A stretch of DNA of 64,000 nt from Octopus vulgaris (GCA_951406725.2 OX597823.1:86180001-86244000), one strand, 5' to 3'; shown: positions 1 through 13,839, numbered from the stretch's first letter. The notes: generated by a model from the letters alone, not told the origin. Numbers and translations are program-made.

Positions 1-670
1 CACAATCTGCGTGATCTTGGCATAGCTGGAAAACTTGGAGACTGGTTACATGAATTTCTGAGAAATAGAAGTAAGGCGGTAGTGGCCAATTGAGCCATCT
101 CAATGAAAACACAGATAATGTGGTGTTCCATATAGCACTGTTTTGGGACCACTTCTTTTCATAGTGGCCCTCTCAGATATGTCTTCAATTACCTGGATAG
201 CTACCGTTGCTAGCTACGCAGTCGACACGAAAGTCTCGAAGAAAATACAGAACCCCAGCGATGTTGCACATCTGCAGCAGGAGTTGGACTCAATTTACAG
301 ATGGGACGAGGATAATAATATGCAGTTCAATGCTAAAATATTCCAAGCCCTGCGCTACCAGCGTCCAAAACTGAATATAAAACTTACAAGCTACACTGGC
401 CCACAGGGAATTACAATCCCAGAGCCTAAATGAAAGAGAGACCTGGATATCGACATGAGTGATGATACCTCTTTGCAAGTGCACATTACCAGGATGGCGA
501 CAAAGTGCAGACGACTCTCTGGCTGGATCCTGAGAACATTCAGAACCAGAGATAAGGAAACCATGATGGTCCTCTGGAAGACATTCTTCTTCAGCCGCTT
601 GGATTACTGCTTCCAGCTAATGGTCACCCAACAGTGTGAAATTAACAGTGGACCTTGAAGCAATCAAGTT
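1..670 (+). mobile_element. Decayed non-LTR retrotransposon (CR1/L2-like) reverse transcriptase fragment
   Basis: Translates to GVPYSTVLGPLLF and YAVDT (cf. GVPQG.VLGP.LF, YADDT), then NNMQFN, GWILRTF and SRLDYC; contains stops and frameshifts. Confidence 0.85.
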
Positions 671-679
671 AGCTAGCTG

Positions 680-816
680 GCGGAGATGTGGCTGGGTGAT
701 AAGAATCTTGCTTCCATCCACGCAGTTCCGTGTTCAATCCGGCTGCGTGGCACCTTAGGTCAACCAAAGTCTTGCGAATGAATTTGGTAAATGGAAACTG
801 AAAGAAGCTCTTCGTA
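680..816 (+). mobile_element. SINE family A, diverged 5' part
   Basis: Aligns by eye to the head of the full copies at 16443, 30285 and 38538 (ctgcgtggcacctt...atttggta.a.ggaaactgaaagaagc). Confidence 0.75.
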
Positions 817-1077
817 CACACACATACACACACGCTCGCGCGTACATGAGTAATTTGATATCCTTATCTAGCAGTTATTAGTGTCCAGTCATTTGTCTTA
901 TACAGGAAATAAATATCATGCATGGCGCTAAGATTACATCTTCGATTGTGTTTCATAGTGTTTGAGATAGAAATTGTGTTACGTATATAAAGTATCTTGC
1001 CGGATAATATTACTGAGAGTCACTGGTTTTCGGACAGTTGTGTGAGTTTAAGAGACTGACTTTCCAAACGTGTGATA

Positions 1078-1283
1078 CAGTAATCCTTCGACTATCGCGG
1101 ATGTTACGTTCCAAAACCACCCACAGAAATAATTAAAATTTACAAAAATATGACTGCCCATCGGTCGCAGAAACCCGTGATATCCTGGGGAGTCCGCGAT
1201 GTAAATTTACATATATTAGCCAGAAAAATCCGCGATGTACTGAGTGCGTGATAAGTGAACCGCGATATAGCGAGGAACTGCTG
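1078..1283. mobile_element. Tc1/pogo-type MITE
   Basis: Imperfect TIRs cagtaatccttcgactatcgcgg / ccgcgatatagcgaggaactgctg, TA on the left; related copy at 61176-61398. Confidence 0.7.
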
Positions 1284-1482
1284 TGCTTTGCTCGTTCTTA
1301 CCGCATAATATTTTGGATAAGTAGCGTAGGTTGTATTAATGCTGTGTGTCTGAAAACACGTGTAGCTGTATATATAATTACCAATGCATGGTCCCACAAC
1401 TATAAGCTGCCACCCGAACTCTTAGGTCAACTCCATTCACGTTATATTTAATCTATCTAGTTAGCTAGTGGGCTGGCGCCAA

Positions 1483-1614
1483 CGTGGCTGGCTGGCTGGT
1501 AAAGAGTGAGCTTCCAACCACATAGTTCTGAGGTCAGTGCAACTGCATAGCACCTTGGGCCGACTAAACTCGTGTGAATGAATTTGGTAGAGGGAAGCTG
1601 AAAGACGTCCTTCG

Positions 1615-1616
<2 letters not shown>
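1483..1616 (+). mobile_element. SINE family A, 5' part
   Basis: Same head as other family A copies, running into (CA)n. Confidence 0.7.
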
Positions 1617-1661
<45 letters not shown>

Positions 1662-1679
1662 AGACAGACTTATAATATA

Positions 1680-1870
1680 GTTGAAATTCATAGAAAAACA
1701 AAAGTCGAAGACAGGCGTATGAACAACAAGCAAGTGTTTTAGTTTGACGCTCGGGAGAAAATGGAAATGTCTTTTACGTTTCGAGATTACGCTCTTCAGC
1801 AGAAAGGAATAAGAGAAAATAAAGAGAGAGCGAGAATGAAAAAAAACTTGGAGATTTTAGCGGTCCAGCA
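1680..1870 (-). mobile_element. About 200-bp mini element carrying a minimal hammerhead-like motif (1771-1806)
   Basis: Minus strand reads cuuu CUGCUGAA GAG cguaau CUC GAAAC GUA aaag; homologous to 10400-10620. Confidence 0.6.
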
Positions 1871-2079
1871 TTTATATATATATATATATATATTCTTGCA
1901 GGTAAACAATAGACTTTTCTAATTTCATTATGGATAGGAATCGAAACAATTATATGTAATTTCTATTTGATATTTATTATATTATATTATTATAAGAATA
2001 TGATATAACATAATATTACGTTAACAAATTTTAATTTTTGAATTGACAATTGTACTTCTCCATTTTCTTTTCAATTATA

Positions 2080-2184
<105 letters not shown>

Positions 2185-2209
2185 AACATATGCATATATA
2201 GATACATAT

Positions 2210-2700
2210 ATGTACGTACCTACCTCTACATGTATATATGCATGCATACATGGGTACAGGACACAAAAAAACGTCGAACACAATGAGAAACGAAAACATA
2301 AACACAAAAACAAGGAAATGGACATTTCTTTTAAACAACGAATAAATAGAGTACAGGACATACAAAACAAGGAAAATTCCCCTTCTTCAGTCGCCTTAGT
2401 TTCATCTACTCCACGTTTCGAAGGTCAAGGCGATACATGACTTCAATAAAACTTCCCTTCCCGCAAAAATCAAATTAAATAGAATTTGAGATTTTTTGTG
2501 GAGGGGTAAAAATGGTAAAAAAAAACAGGACAGTAACGACAGTACAAAATATAAACAGTGAAAGACAGGACACGGAGAATATCACAAACAAGAAGAGCTG
2601 TTAAGCCAAACGAGATAAAAAATTTTTTACGAACGCTACCGTCTCTACTTGAAGAAAGCCAGGAGAAGAAAAACAGTGGGACCCATCTCATCACGTGACG
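2210..2700 (-). mobile_element. Repeat family P (probable non-autonomous Penelope-like/retrozyme element)
   Basis: Homologous to 10820-11210 (same orientation) and 14832-15130 (inverted); flanked by (TA)n and a purine tract. Confidence 0.6.
2377..2440 (-). ncRNA. Permuted/pseudoknotted hammerhead ribozyme candidate
   Basis: UCAUGU-A-UCGCCUU-gaccuuc-GAAACGUG-14nt-AAGGCGA-CUGAAGA-AGGGG; helices I and III are in exact register with the core. Confidence 0.6.
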
Positions 2701-4039
2701 CGACGGGAGGGAGGAGGAGGGGTAAGAGAAAGGGAGAGAAAAAAGGGAATGGTTGTAGAGAAAAGAATGAAGAATGAGAGAGAGAGGGAGAGACAGTAAG
2801 GTAGAAGAAAAGGAAAGCCAAAAAGAATGAAGGCTGAGAAAGAGAGGGGGAGAGAAAGGTTAAGAGTGCGCATCATTATTAATATTAAGAACAATCTTTC
2901 TTAGAAATGGATGCGTGCGTTCCGTCATATAATAAATATATATATACATATATATTATTTGAGAGTTGCAGTTCGTTTAATCAACTTCGCTTAACGGTGC
3001 TTAGAAAACAAAATGTAGAAAAGCAATCTTGACCTCGACAGGATTTGAACGTAAACCCTCCGAATAAATGCACAATTGCTTTCTGCCCTTATGGATCTTT
3101 TATAATGGTTTTTGAAGGCCAGCAGTTTGTAGGCAAGGTTTATAGTCAAAATTATCAACGTCTGTACATGTCAGGCTTAAATTTTTACTCTTGCAAGTTT
3201 TTAAAATACGGCCTCCACAGAGTGATTACTAACAAAAGGCTAGTCAAAGCATGGAGAGACATGACCAGTGAGACTTCAGTACCGACGGCTACATACAGCA
3301 GCGCTAGGAACATATAAGCTCTCCACTTTTGTCCAGGAGGCCAACAGCTCATGAAACTGGGCTAACTACAGCTCCGTCTATGCTTCAGGCCGTGAGAAAA
3401 TTTTAAAGAAAAATTTATTGTTTTTACGTAACATGTAAAGTTATATCCGGTGTTTGAAGATACGAGAATAATTGTTTTTATGTAAAATACCGATTAAATT
3501 TCTTGTATAGTGAAGGAAATATCTTTATAAGCAAGAGAAAAAAATATGTGTATACACACACATACGTACATATATTCATCCAGTCATACGTACGCATGTG
3601 TGTATATGTGTGTATGCGAGCGTGCTTGAAGGCACGTGGTCTATTCTTTCTTGGTTTCAATTCTTAGACCGGTGGTGCGTTGTCTTCCTGAGCAAACACT
3701 TCGTTTCACTTTGCTCAGCTGTAAATAAGTAGATCTAGGACGCAGTGGTGTTTCGTTCAGGAGGAGTGGTCGCCTGCATTTCTAGCCACCAGGTTAGCAT
3801 CATTCGAAGGCTTTGACCATGCGTTTCCTCGCATTATGACCATGTAACAAGCGATGTATAATAACATCCGATACTCTGGTCGAACACTATACAAATATTC
3901 TTCTAAAAAAACTTTTCTTTTAATTTTTCTAAATTTAATTATCTAATTGTTACATTTGAAAAAGTCTCAATGACTGAAACCGGTACTGAAATATTTTTTA
4001 TAAAATTATTTTAGCATTTTCTGTCTTGACTGTTTTACC

Positions 4040-4162
<123 letters not shown>

Positions 4163-4224
4163 TTTATATATATATATTCTTGTATGTATATCTATATATA
4201 TATACATGTATGTGTGTGTGTGTA

Positions 4225-4395
4225 TTTGTCCCGCCATCACCGCCTGACAACCGCTACTATTGTGTTTACGTTCCCATAACTTTCCGGTTCGGCAAAAGGG
4301 ACCGATAGAATAAGTACTAGGGTTAAAACATAAGTCTTAGGGTGGATTTGTTCCTTCTAGGCTGTACTGAAATAAATAAAGGAATAAAAGAATAA
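4225..4395 (+). mobile_element. SINE family A, 3' half
   Basis: gacaaccg...cggttcggcaaaagggaccgatagaataagtactag, ending in an aataaaag tail. Confidence 0.75.
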
Positions 4396-4400
4396 GTACA

Positions 4401-6120
4401 TACCGTATATTTCCGCGAATAAGACGATCTTCAAATCCTAAAATTTACCCTAAAATTTGAATTTCAAGTGATTTTATAAGTAAGGTAACCTTGTTCTCAG
4501 TGCGATAACCACAGAGATACGTAATCAAATTAATAAAATAAAAGAAAAGATTATAATATAGGTAATAAAAACATTTTTACTTTCTATATTATTGGCATAT
4601 CTTCATAATAAATATACTATTCGAGAGATAATTCTATATCATTGAAATCAACTTTTATCTATGCGATCTCGGCTGAGAAAAGATAAACATCGAGTTATGG
4701 TTGCGCTCACAGAAACCTTTATCTTTCTCTAACCTTTCAAAGATTTTGATGGTTATGTATAACTATAGTAATGGCATTGAGAAAAACATATTTTTCATAA
4801 AATATCTATTATCATTTGGTGGTAAATAACACAATTTGGATCATACCACAATCTTAATTTTTCAATAAAATCATTTTACTATAGTTGCATTTAAAACATA
4901 AGACAATTTTTTTGTTCATTTCCTATGAAGATAAATAATATTAATAAAACATCAAGCCTGCCACGTATTTATCTAAAACCCATCAAATTCCTCATTAGCA
5001 TCACTATGTGTTTCTAAAAGTTTCTCATACATATCACAAGATTTATCACATACGCCATCATCGTAAAGAATCCAGTCTGGTTCTGGTGATTTGACTTCGA
5101 CTTCGTCGTCGGTATTGTACAGAATATCATCTTTGGTACCATCCATGGCATTAGAAATATCGCATTTTAAAAATAATATCATCACATTTTCTACTTTAAC
5201 TTTGTCGCATGCCTTTATAACAAAATCACAAAAGAACCTCAAGTGAGGCAGAACACACAGCTCCACATTTTGTAAAAGATCTTTTTCATTTATCATCCAG
5301 TCGTTCCATTGCTCTCTCACATTGTGGTTTGTTTAAACTGACATCATGTGGCTGCAGTATAGGAGTCAAACCACCAGGAATAGCAGTAATATTGGTTTTG
5401 GATAACCGGGTTTTAGTATTTGCCGTTAATTGGCTACGAAACATATCCCAAACCAATAGACTGCATTCGTTCCGTATGCCTCTTTGCCACCTGTTCCAAA
5501 TATTCTCAATCCATAATTTCACATTAATCTCGTCCATCCACCCTTTCTTGTGAAAATGAACAAAAACGCCAGGAGGAAAATCTATTTTGGGCTTTGTTTT
5601 ACGTTTAAAAATAAGCAAGGGTTTTAATTTTGTACTGTCAGCCATGCAGGATATCACCATAAACCGCGTTTGCTTACACCCTGTACTTCTAACGTGCACT
5701 GTTTTTACCCCTTTCAAATTTACCGTTTTTTTACCCAGCATGTCAAAGTTTAATGGAGTTTCATCCATATTTCCAGTATGAGACAATGGAAGCTGATGGC
5801 TTTTCCTCAGCTGGATGGTAAACTGGTGAAAACTGGTTACTTTGTGATAGAGATCTCTCGGGTGTTTGGGGGCGATTTTTGACTTCCCCATTATTACCAG
5901 ACATTTACTGTTCATAAAACGATCGCACCAGCCTACTGTTGCTTTAAAACCTTTACTTTCTTCTTTATATGATTTATCCCATTTTAGGGCATGCAGAGTA
6001 ATTCTCGTGTTGATATTAACGAATTCTGAGTTGAGTCTTGCAAGAACAGTATTATACTTAGGACCACTAATGGCTGAGTCTACCAAAAGTAAATTTTGAA
6101 AGAAAGGAGATGTCAGCCAT
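4401..6120 (-). mobile_element. Decayed pogo/Tigger-like DNA transposon
   Basis: Candidate terminus taccgtatatttccgcgaataagacg at 4401; transposase remnant inside; second terminus not found. Confidence 0.7.
4973..6086 (-). pseudogene. pogo-family DDE_1 transposase, frameshifted and N-terminally eroded
   Basis: FKATVGWCDRFM (CENP-B-like HTH), NMDETPLNFDM, LLVWDMFRS, IPGGLTPILQPHDVSLNKP; continues in a second frame (4973-5320) with an acidic tail. Confidence 0.88.
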
Positions 6121-7099
6121 TTCTTTCATTTTACAACATAAATGGGCGTTGTTCTCTCTAGGTCACCTGATCATCACCCTCGTTTTACTTTACTCAGAAT
6201 ATTAATCGCTTCCTTTGGGCAATTGTAAATTATTTATGTAGAAGTATGAATGGAGACTTGTTACAGTTTCTCAGACTGATTTCAATGAAACAGTATCTGT
6301 TTTATAGATTAAGATCTTTTGTTATTTAATATTTTAAAAAAATCTCATATAAAGAAGAGCGTTGGAGTTTCAGAAAATGTAGGTTGCGGTGCTGAATTTG
6401 GTCACGTCTTGCTGCGTTCAAATCTGACATAGGTTGTCTCTACTTCTTACGTTTGCAGGATCGATTCCATGCATCCATTGGTGATGTTGTTATTATCCCA
6501 GTTCATCCCTAATTGATTTCACCAATGTTCAAAATCATTCCAGATGTAATCATCTCGTCTTTATTCTTTTTTTTCATGTATTTTGCCCTATGTCCTGAAT
6601 GTGTATTCCACCCCACATCTTTTCCTTTTATGTTGTGATTTGAAAGATTTGCTTACTATCTCTAGCAATTCGTGCGGCTACATAGAAGTAGCCTCATTGT
6701 GATCCATAAATATTTGTTTTTGTTGTGGCTTTTGTTAAACCTTGATCTTCAAGTCTTTATTCCTTACTGGAATAAAATCTCTCAGACTACAGTATTCAAT
6801 GTAGCTAGTAGGCTATGATATACAGAAAAGTTTAGCTGTTGTTTCTAGCAAGGCGAGCGGCTTTGCTATTTAAATGCTGCCTCGTTAATTCGTATAATGA
6901 TCAGTAAACTTGTGCGATTAAATGTTTTTAGATATATTTTTATATATCTTTTTTTTGTACGTTATTGTAAGACTTAAGAAAGCGGATTTCAACGATACGG
7001 TTGAAGGGGTATCTAGGTACGCCGAAGATTTTTTTAAAAATACGAATTAAGTTAATGAAATATCTATATTTTAATTAGAAATTGTATGGATTCCGTCGG

Positions 7100-7720
7100 A
7101 ATGTTTATTTTTATTCTTTCATGGTAGATTAACGTAATCCTTTACCAGGTTTAGAACAACAACATAACATTTAGGAGTCCATAATGAAATTCAATCTGCT
7201 ACAGGTATCTGGACCAGCTCTCTGGTAAGAGAAGAACTTCGCAATATAGCGTACTAAGTTCGATATCACAATGTGGTAACTTGGATTGTGTCATCGAGCT
7301 TTAGATTTTCATTAAAATTTGGTAAACGAAAATTGAATAGGATTTTGTCTGTAACTCCATTTGTATTCTTGTATAAGAAACATGGAAACAAAAGTGACTA
7401 AGAGGTGGTTCTGTCAAAGTCCTAAGTATGAGTTTACTAGTATGTATTGGAATTACATCTGGAATAAGGCCACTTGCACTCATCCCAAAGGACTAAGCAT
7501 AGACGAGGCCCTTCAGCTCTTTAGCTGCTCATCAAAGAAGAGATAATTTCAAATAAATCCTGTCTCCTGATAACTAATGGACTCGTGGTGCTTGTTGCAC
7601 CAGTCCAATATAATTTTGAAAGGACACTGGTTTGTGCAGAGAATGGGTCCGCGCAAAACATACCCACTATAGTAATACTCATCGTGCAGGTTATAGGCAA
7701 GAAGTTACGAGGGAGGGAGG
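7100..7720 (-). mobile_element. Very decayed non-LTR RT remnant (possibly R4/NeSL-like)
   Basis: PRNFLPITCT resembles the P.NYRPITC motif; the remainder is heavily degraded. Confidence 0.3.
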
Positions 7721-8380
7721 ACAAGTCCATTGTATCGACCCCCACTGTTGGACTTGCTCCTTATGTTATCGATCCCGAAGTGAATGAATGTAAAAGTTGA
7801 CTTCGGTGTGTTTTGAACTCAGAACATAAAGAGCCGGAAGAACTGCCACTAAGCTTCTTGTCCGATGTACTAACGTGTCAGCCAGCTCAGCACCTTTTTT
7901 TGGGGGGGGGGGGGGAGGTTGAAAATATTGATTCCAAATTTTGGCATATGGTCAGTAATTTCGTGGGAAGAAGTAAGTTGATTACACCACCCCCATTCCG
8001 CCCCCAGTTCCCAACTGATATTAATTTTATCGTTGCCGAAAAAAAGATGAAAGGCAAAGTCAATCCCGATAGAATTTGGACTCAACGTAAAGACGGACGA
8101 AACACCGCTAAGTGTTTTGTCCGGCATGCTTATAATTCTGCTAACTCCCCTAATAATCATCTGTAATATTGATTTCCAAATTTGGCACAAGGCCAGCAAT
8201 TTTGTGGGAGGAACTAAGTAGATTATATCAGCCCTAGTACTCAAATGCTACTTATTCTATCGTCCCCGAAATGATGAAAGGCGAAGTCGATCCTGGGGGA
8301 ATTTGAACTCAGAGCATAATGACAAGCGAAATGTCGCTAAGCATTTTTCCCGGCACGCTGAATGATTCTGATTGCTCGCT
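7720..8380 (-). mobile_element. SINE family B, tandem array of about three diverged units
   Basis: Repeated ...gatgaaaggc.aagtc.a...gaatttgaactca...gctaagc modules. Confidence 0.75.
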
Positions 8381-9034
8381 ACATTTAGTGTTCAACATGT
8401 TACAGCTCACTGAATGAACAGGGTTCCTAAATGCAACAGTAAACGTTTTGTGTCTTTTCATTTGGGATGTGATTTTTTATCAAAACATCGCTGTTGCCGG
8501 TTTACAATTTCTAGCTTTAAAGACAAACCAACGTAGATGTATTTGCTACGCAGTCGGTTGACTTGTTTGACAACAGAGTTAAATATCCTATAAATCATAC
8601 TCTGCTACCATATAAGGGAAATTACCTGTGAGACATTTTAGCCTCGTTCCTCAATGAAAAAGAAGCTACTAAAAGACCAACCAACAACAAACAAAAAGCA
8701 GATAATCAGCTTTGATGTCTTAGCATTCAGATCTCTCTATTCAGGGCTGACATAGCATTAAGCAACTACAACAGCAGTAATAAACAGGTTTCATAGAGAA
8801 AGATAATCTCTACTGTGGACAAAGTGGAAGATCTAGGAGGATTATTAATAATAAATTCCATGAATGAGGTGACGACATTTTCTTAAGTACACTCTATGTT
8901 GTGCGTCACATGGATATAAAACACAAACGCACGATATAGTGAAGGTGAAAGCGATTAGTAAAATAAAATGCATTAGATTTATAATACTGTATAGTATAAC
9001 TATGAATACACACACACACACACACACATATATA

Positions 9035-9225
9035 GTAAATCCTAAAAATGAAGGACAAACACAACCTTCAACTCGAGGACGTGGTACATGTACAGTATTA
9101 GCAGAAGCTCAGGGAAGAAAAGAAAGGTGGTTTAACTTTTCGAGCAAAGCTCTTCTTTGGAAATAGAGGAAAGTCCAATAGAAAAGGAAGACGGTGGGAA
9201 AAAATCGCCAAAGATACGGATGTGG
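9035..9225 (-). mobile_element. Mini hammerhead element with degraded core
   Basis: Minus strand ccaaagaa GAGC uuu GCUC GAAAAGUUA; homologous to 25310-25497. Confidence 0.5.
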
Positions 9226-9290
9226 TTACGTTTATATATGTGCGTATGTATGTATATACACAAACTAACATATACACACATATACATTCA

Positions 9291-9344
<54 letters not shown>

Positions 9345-9347
<3 letters not shown>

Positions 9348-9580
9348 AGGCAAAACAAGAAAAGGCAAAACGAGAGGAAGTTTAAACAGATGTGCTATTA
9401 CTACAACGCTTGGGTGTAAGAGGAAGGGTCATTTACGTTTCGGAAGTAGTCCTTCATCAGAAAGAAAGTAAATAAATGGGAAAACGGGGAAAAGATGGTG
9501 ATCAGAAAAAATATTTAGGGATCAGCTGGGAATAGGGTTCTATGGAGCGTTACGACGAGAGAACGAAGCCAGGTGATGTG
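9345..9580 (-). mobile_element. Mini hammerhead element (motif 9431-9464)
   Basis: Minus strand uuu CUGAUGA A GGA cuacu UCC GAAAC GUA aau. Confidence 0.6.
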
Positions 9581-9617
9581 TGTATATATACGAGGGTGCC
9601 CATGACACATACATACA

Positions 9618-9754
<137 letters not shown>

Positions 9755-10237
9755 CTATGGATGTGCATGCACATCTATTCTTATACTACGATTAGGGATA
9801 TAAGGTTTATTTATCTTAATGTATAATTACTAAGAAGAACAGATACACATATAAATAATTTACTCTTATAAAAGCATTTCTGTGTGTGACGAATTTTATT
9901 TTTCTCTTTTAAAAGTATAAGGCCTTCTCTCTCCATTTCTCCCTGCCTCTCACCCTTTCCCTGTTTCTATCTCCGTCTCCCTTTCTCTCTCCCTCTCATT
10001 CTCTTTCATAGACTTGTCATTTACGCTTGTCTGGACTTGCGAATACACGAATGTCCGTGAGTGTGACAGAGAGAGAAAGAGGCAGAGAGACAGACAGACG
10101 GACAGACAGAGAGGTAGACAGAGAAACAGAAAGCTTTTGTGTAATGACCGCAAGACTATTATATCTCTTCCTCCAGCGAGATTGTAACAGCAACATACAC
10201 ATTCACACAAACACAAACACAACCACTTCGATACGTG

Positions 10238-10725
<488 letters not shown>

Positions 10726-10819
10726 TATATACACATATATATGCACATATACATACATATATATATATGCATATATACATACATGTATGTAATACATACA
10801 TTTATATGTATAGAGGTAC

Positions 10820-11330
10820 GCATATATAGGGATAGGAGTCATAAAACGTAAACTATATGAAATACGAAAATAAAGTTGGGTACACAATGAACGAGAGAAA
10901 CAAATGGAAAGCAAGACAAGTAACATAAAAGAACGACTCTTCATCAGTTAAGACTTTGAAGGTAGTTGCTACTGCGAACCAAAATGACGTTTGGAATTTG
11001 CGGAGGGTTAAAGTTTGTAACAAAAACATGACATACAACAAACGAAACGAAACGAAGACAAACCGAGAGGGCCGTTAGGCCAAGACCGTATAAGGTAACG
11101 AACGCTGGAAGAAGATTCTTTGATAACAGAAAAGATAGGAGAGGAGACAGATAAGAATGCGTCTGGACTGCGTGACAGACTGAAAAAAAAAGAAAAGATG
11201 ATCACGTGAGGAAGGGAAAAATTGACAAAGGTTACGTGTAAGCAACGAGAGAGAGTACAGGAGGAAGAAGGAGAAAGAGATAGATAGAAAACGGTGAAGT
11301 GGAGAAAAAAATTAGAGAAGGGATGAGAGA
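10820..11330 (-). mobile_element. Repeat family P copy with internal deletion
   Basis: Shares tcttcatcagtt, gcggagggttaaagt, gaacgct and tcacgtga blocks with 2210-2700 and 14660-14860. Confidence 0.55.
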
Positions 11331-11369
11331 TATCTTGATGATATCTTCACAGAGGTCTATGCAAAGCTT

Positions 11370-11760
11370 TCAAAGAGATTCATCTTTCTCGACACAATCA
11401 AGGAGATCTTGTGCAACTGAAAGCCGAGTGACATGTTTGTCACCCGAAATCAGTTTTAGCTCAAACTTGGCAGACATACCTAAATCTTCAGTGATAATGG
11501 ACTGAAATGAACCGTGACTAATCTGCATATCCCCTGATAACTCACGGATGGCCATTCGACGAATTGCTCTCCATTTGCTGGTTGCGTATCTCCCAGAACT
11601 TTCGTCAATATCGACATTTTTTCAAACGTCTTGGAAACGTCTGAACCACTCGTACACTTGTGTGTGGCTAATGCATAACTTTCTACAACATTGCATAGGA
11701 CTCTGAGCAGGTTTCGCGATTACAACTTTCTCTGTTATGGTCAATACGACGTTCACATGA
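11370..11760 (-). mobile_element. mariner transposase N-terminal fragment
   Basis: QVYEWFRRFQD and RRMAIRELSGDMQISHGSFQSIITEDLGMSAKF...RLSVAQDLLDCVEKDE. Confidence 0.85.
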
Positions 11761-11819
11761 TACACACCTTCCTTCCAAGCACTGCGGTAAACAGCGGAAG
11801 TAAGCTAGGCGTTTCTTCA

Positions 11820-12180
11820 CGGAAGTGTCTGCCTGCATGTGTTCCTTAATGCGTATATGCAGTTTACATGTTGTGCTTCCTATGTAGGATGCGCCACATT
11901 TGGCACAGCTTTTCTCGTATACAACATAAGCCCTCTAGCACAATTCAGGTTCATTGATGGGGCAGTTTGACAATGTGCATTCCTCGGAGTAGTGAGCAAA
12001 CACTCCCGTGAAGAGACATCTGCGGAAATGCCAGACCTGGGAATTCAGAATGCACATCAAGGCATCACAGCGGAACAGGGGCAACCTTAAAATCTCTGAA
12101 GCCATCCTCATACACGAAAACAAAGCAATTATAAACAACGGAAGAGAGTTACAGGAAGCTAGTTGATTGCTATAGCAACA
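11820..12180 (+). mobile_element. Penelope-like element GIY-YIG endonuclease fragment (decayed)
   Basis: CVYA.../CCASYVG (frameshifted GIY-YIG), then TPVKRHLRKC...LKISEAILIHENKAIIN, typical of the PLE endonuclease C-terminus. Confidence 0.7.
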
Positions 12181-12354
12181 CCTTTCCGCGCATGTCCACT
12201 CTACACACGCTCATCTGCAAGATTTGTTAATTTCTTGAAAATAGGGTCATGGTAAGTCTACATTAACTCCTAAACTTTTTTTCTTGTGATTTGCCTTGCA
12301 TTTACTTCGCATTGTTCTAGCCTTACCCACAATCCTTTACACAATACATTCTAC

Positions 12355-12420
<66 letters not shown>

Positions 12421-12427
<7 letters not shown>

Positions 12428-12655
12428 GGGAAGAAATTCAAACTTACAGGGAAAAATCAGATTTAGGATTGAATCCAATTTTATAGTAAAATATTATATC
12501 ATAAACAGCCTTGAAACGATCGTAGTGATATATTAATTATATTTTTTAATAATTTTGTTATATATTTAAATAATATAAATTAAATAATCTTATGTATTGG
12601 CTTAGTTTTTCATTGTATGATTTGCCTAATAGTGGTTTTGTCTCTAATTTAATAT
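12421..12655. mobile_element. Rearranged copy of the 40-kb hammerhead palindrome family
   Basis: 12421-12498 is the reverse complement of 40283-40358; 12506-12655 matches 40127-40280 including gaaacgatcgtagtgat; embedded in (TA)n. Confidence 0.75.
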
Positions 12656-12656
12656 G

Positions 12657-12687
<31 letters not shown>

Positions 12688-12689
12688 TA

Positions 12690-13142
12690 CATAAAACGCA
12701 ATTTGTTTCGACCAAAGATTGTTCCAAGCCATGTCTAACTTAATAGCACCACCTGATAGGATTAGCTAAATCCTTTTTTAACTCAAGTTTTCTCGAATCA
12801 TGATCCATTCGAATAGGGATTCTTGTTGAATGAGTTGTATCCAGGTATAGGTGGCTTATCTGGTATTCCTTGAAGAAATTTGTCCAGATTCCGTTTAAAG
12901 ATGATGGGATCGTTTTCCTCTTTGATCTAGTTTGGGACAATGTTAAATGGGGTGGGTCTGTTGAGGAAAAGAACTGTTGTTGCAGGGGTCGTATGACCCG
13001 TGGTCCCAGCCTTGGAGGAATTTTGAAGCTAATATTGATGTCGTTTGGGCAATGCTGGGGTATACTCCCCATATCGTTTAAATGATGTATCGCTCGCGTT
13101 GGCGCTGGAGAGAGTAGATTTTTAATGCTTTAAGGCGGTCCC
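12690..13142 (-). mobile_element. LINE 3' end (CR1/L2-like ORF2 C-terminus)
   Basis: WDRLKALKIYSLQRQRERYII, PNDINISFKIPPRLGPR and FKRNLDKFLQGIPDKPP across frames. Confidence 0.75.
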
Positions 13143-13450
13143 AATATATAAAAAATAAATTAAATATTAATTCAATGAAATTAAAACATGGTCTGGTTTT
13201 CACGTTTTATATTATGGTATTTAAACATTTTAACATTAAAAAATTATTGTATAATGCTCATAAAGTTAAATTAGCTCTTTTATATATTTTTCTTTCTTCC
13301 AACCTCACTTGTTTCATGTAGTTTATGAGCATTACAAAATCATTTTTTAAACTATAGAATATCATAATAAAAAAAAGAGAAAACCAGATCATGTTTTATC
13401 TTTATTCAACTAAGCTATTATTCTATACGCATTCACACAAATTCAAAACA

Positions 13451-13524
<74 letters not shown>

Positions 13525-13627
13525 ACACACACACATATATATATATAAATATATATATATATAAACATTTTGGAAATGGGTGCGTGGCATTCAACTATGT
13601 AATATTGTACATAATATAATATGATAT

Positions 13628-13750
13628 ATCACCGTGATCACCGTGACAGACCAAGCTATCAGATTTTGCTACACATCGCTGGTCACAATGCACTTCGCAT
13701 TGTTTTAGCCTTCAAATGACGCCACCACGCTGGCTAAGCGAGCAGGCCAA
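13628..13750. mobile_element. Short retroposon fragment flanked by about 65-bp direct repeats
   Basis: Direct repeats 13557-13620 and 13761-13825 (ataaac.ttttg.aaat.ggtgcgtggcattca.ct.tgtaata.tgtacataata). Confidence 0.5.
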
Positions 13751-13839
13751 TATGATATTTATATATAAACGTTTTGTAAATAGGTGCGTGGCATTCAGCT
13801 GTGTAATAATGTACATAATATATAATATATATATAATAT

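Noticed and set aside
5286-6086. Possible domesticated pogo gene
   Set aside because: Frameshift after the catalytic region, eroded N-terminus and a retained transposon end point to a dead copy
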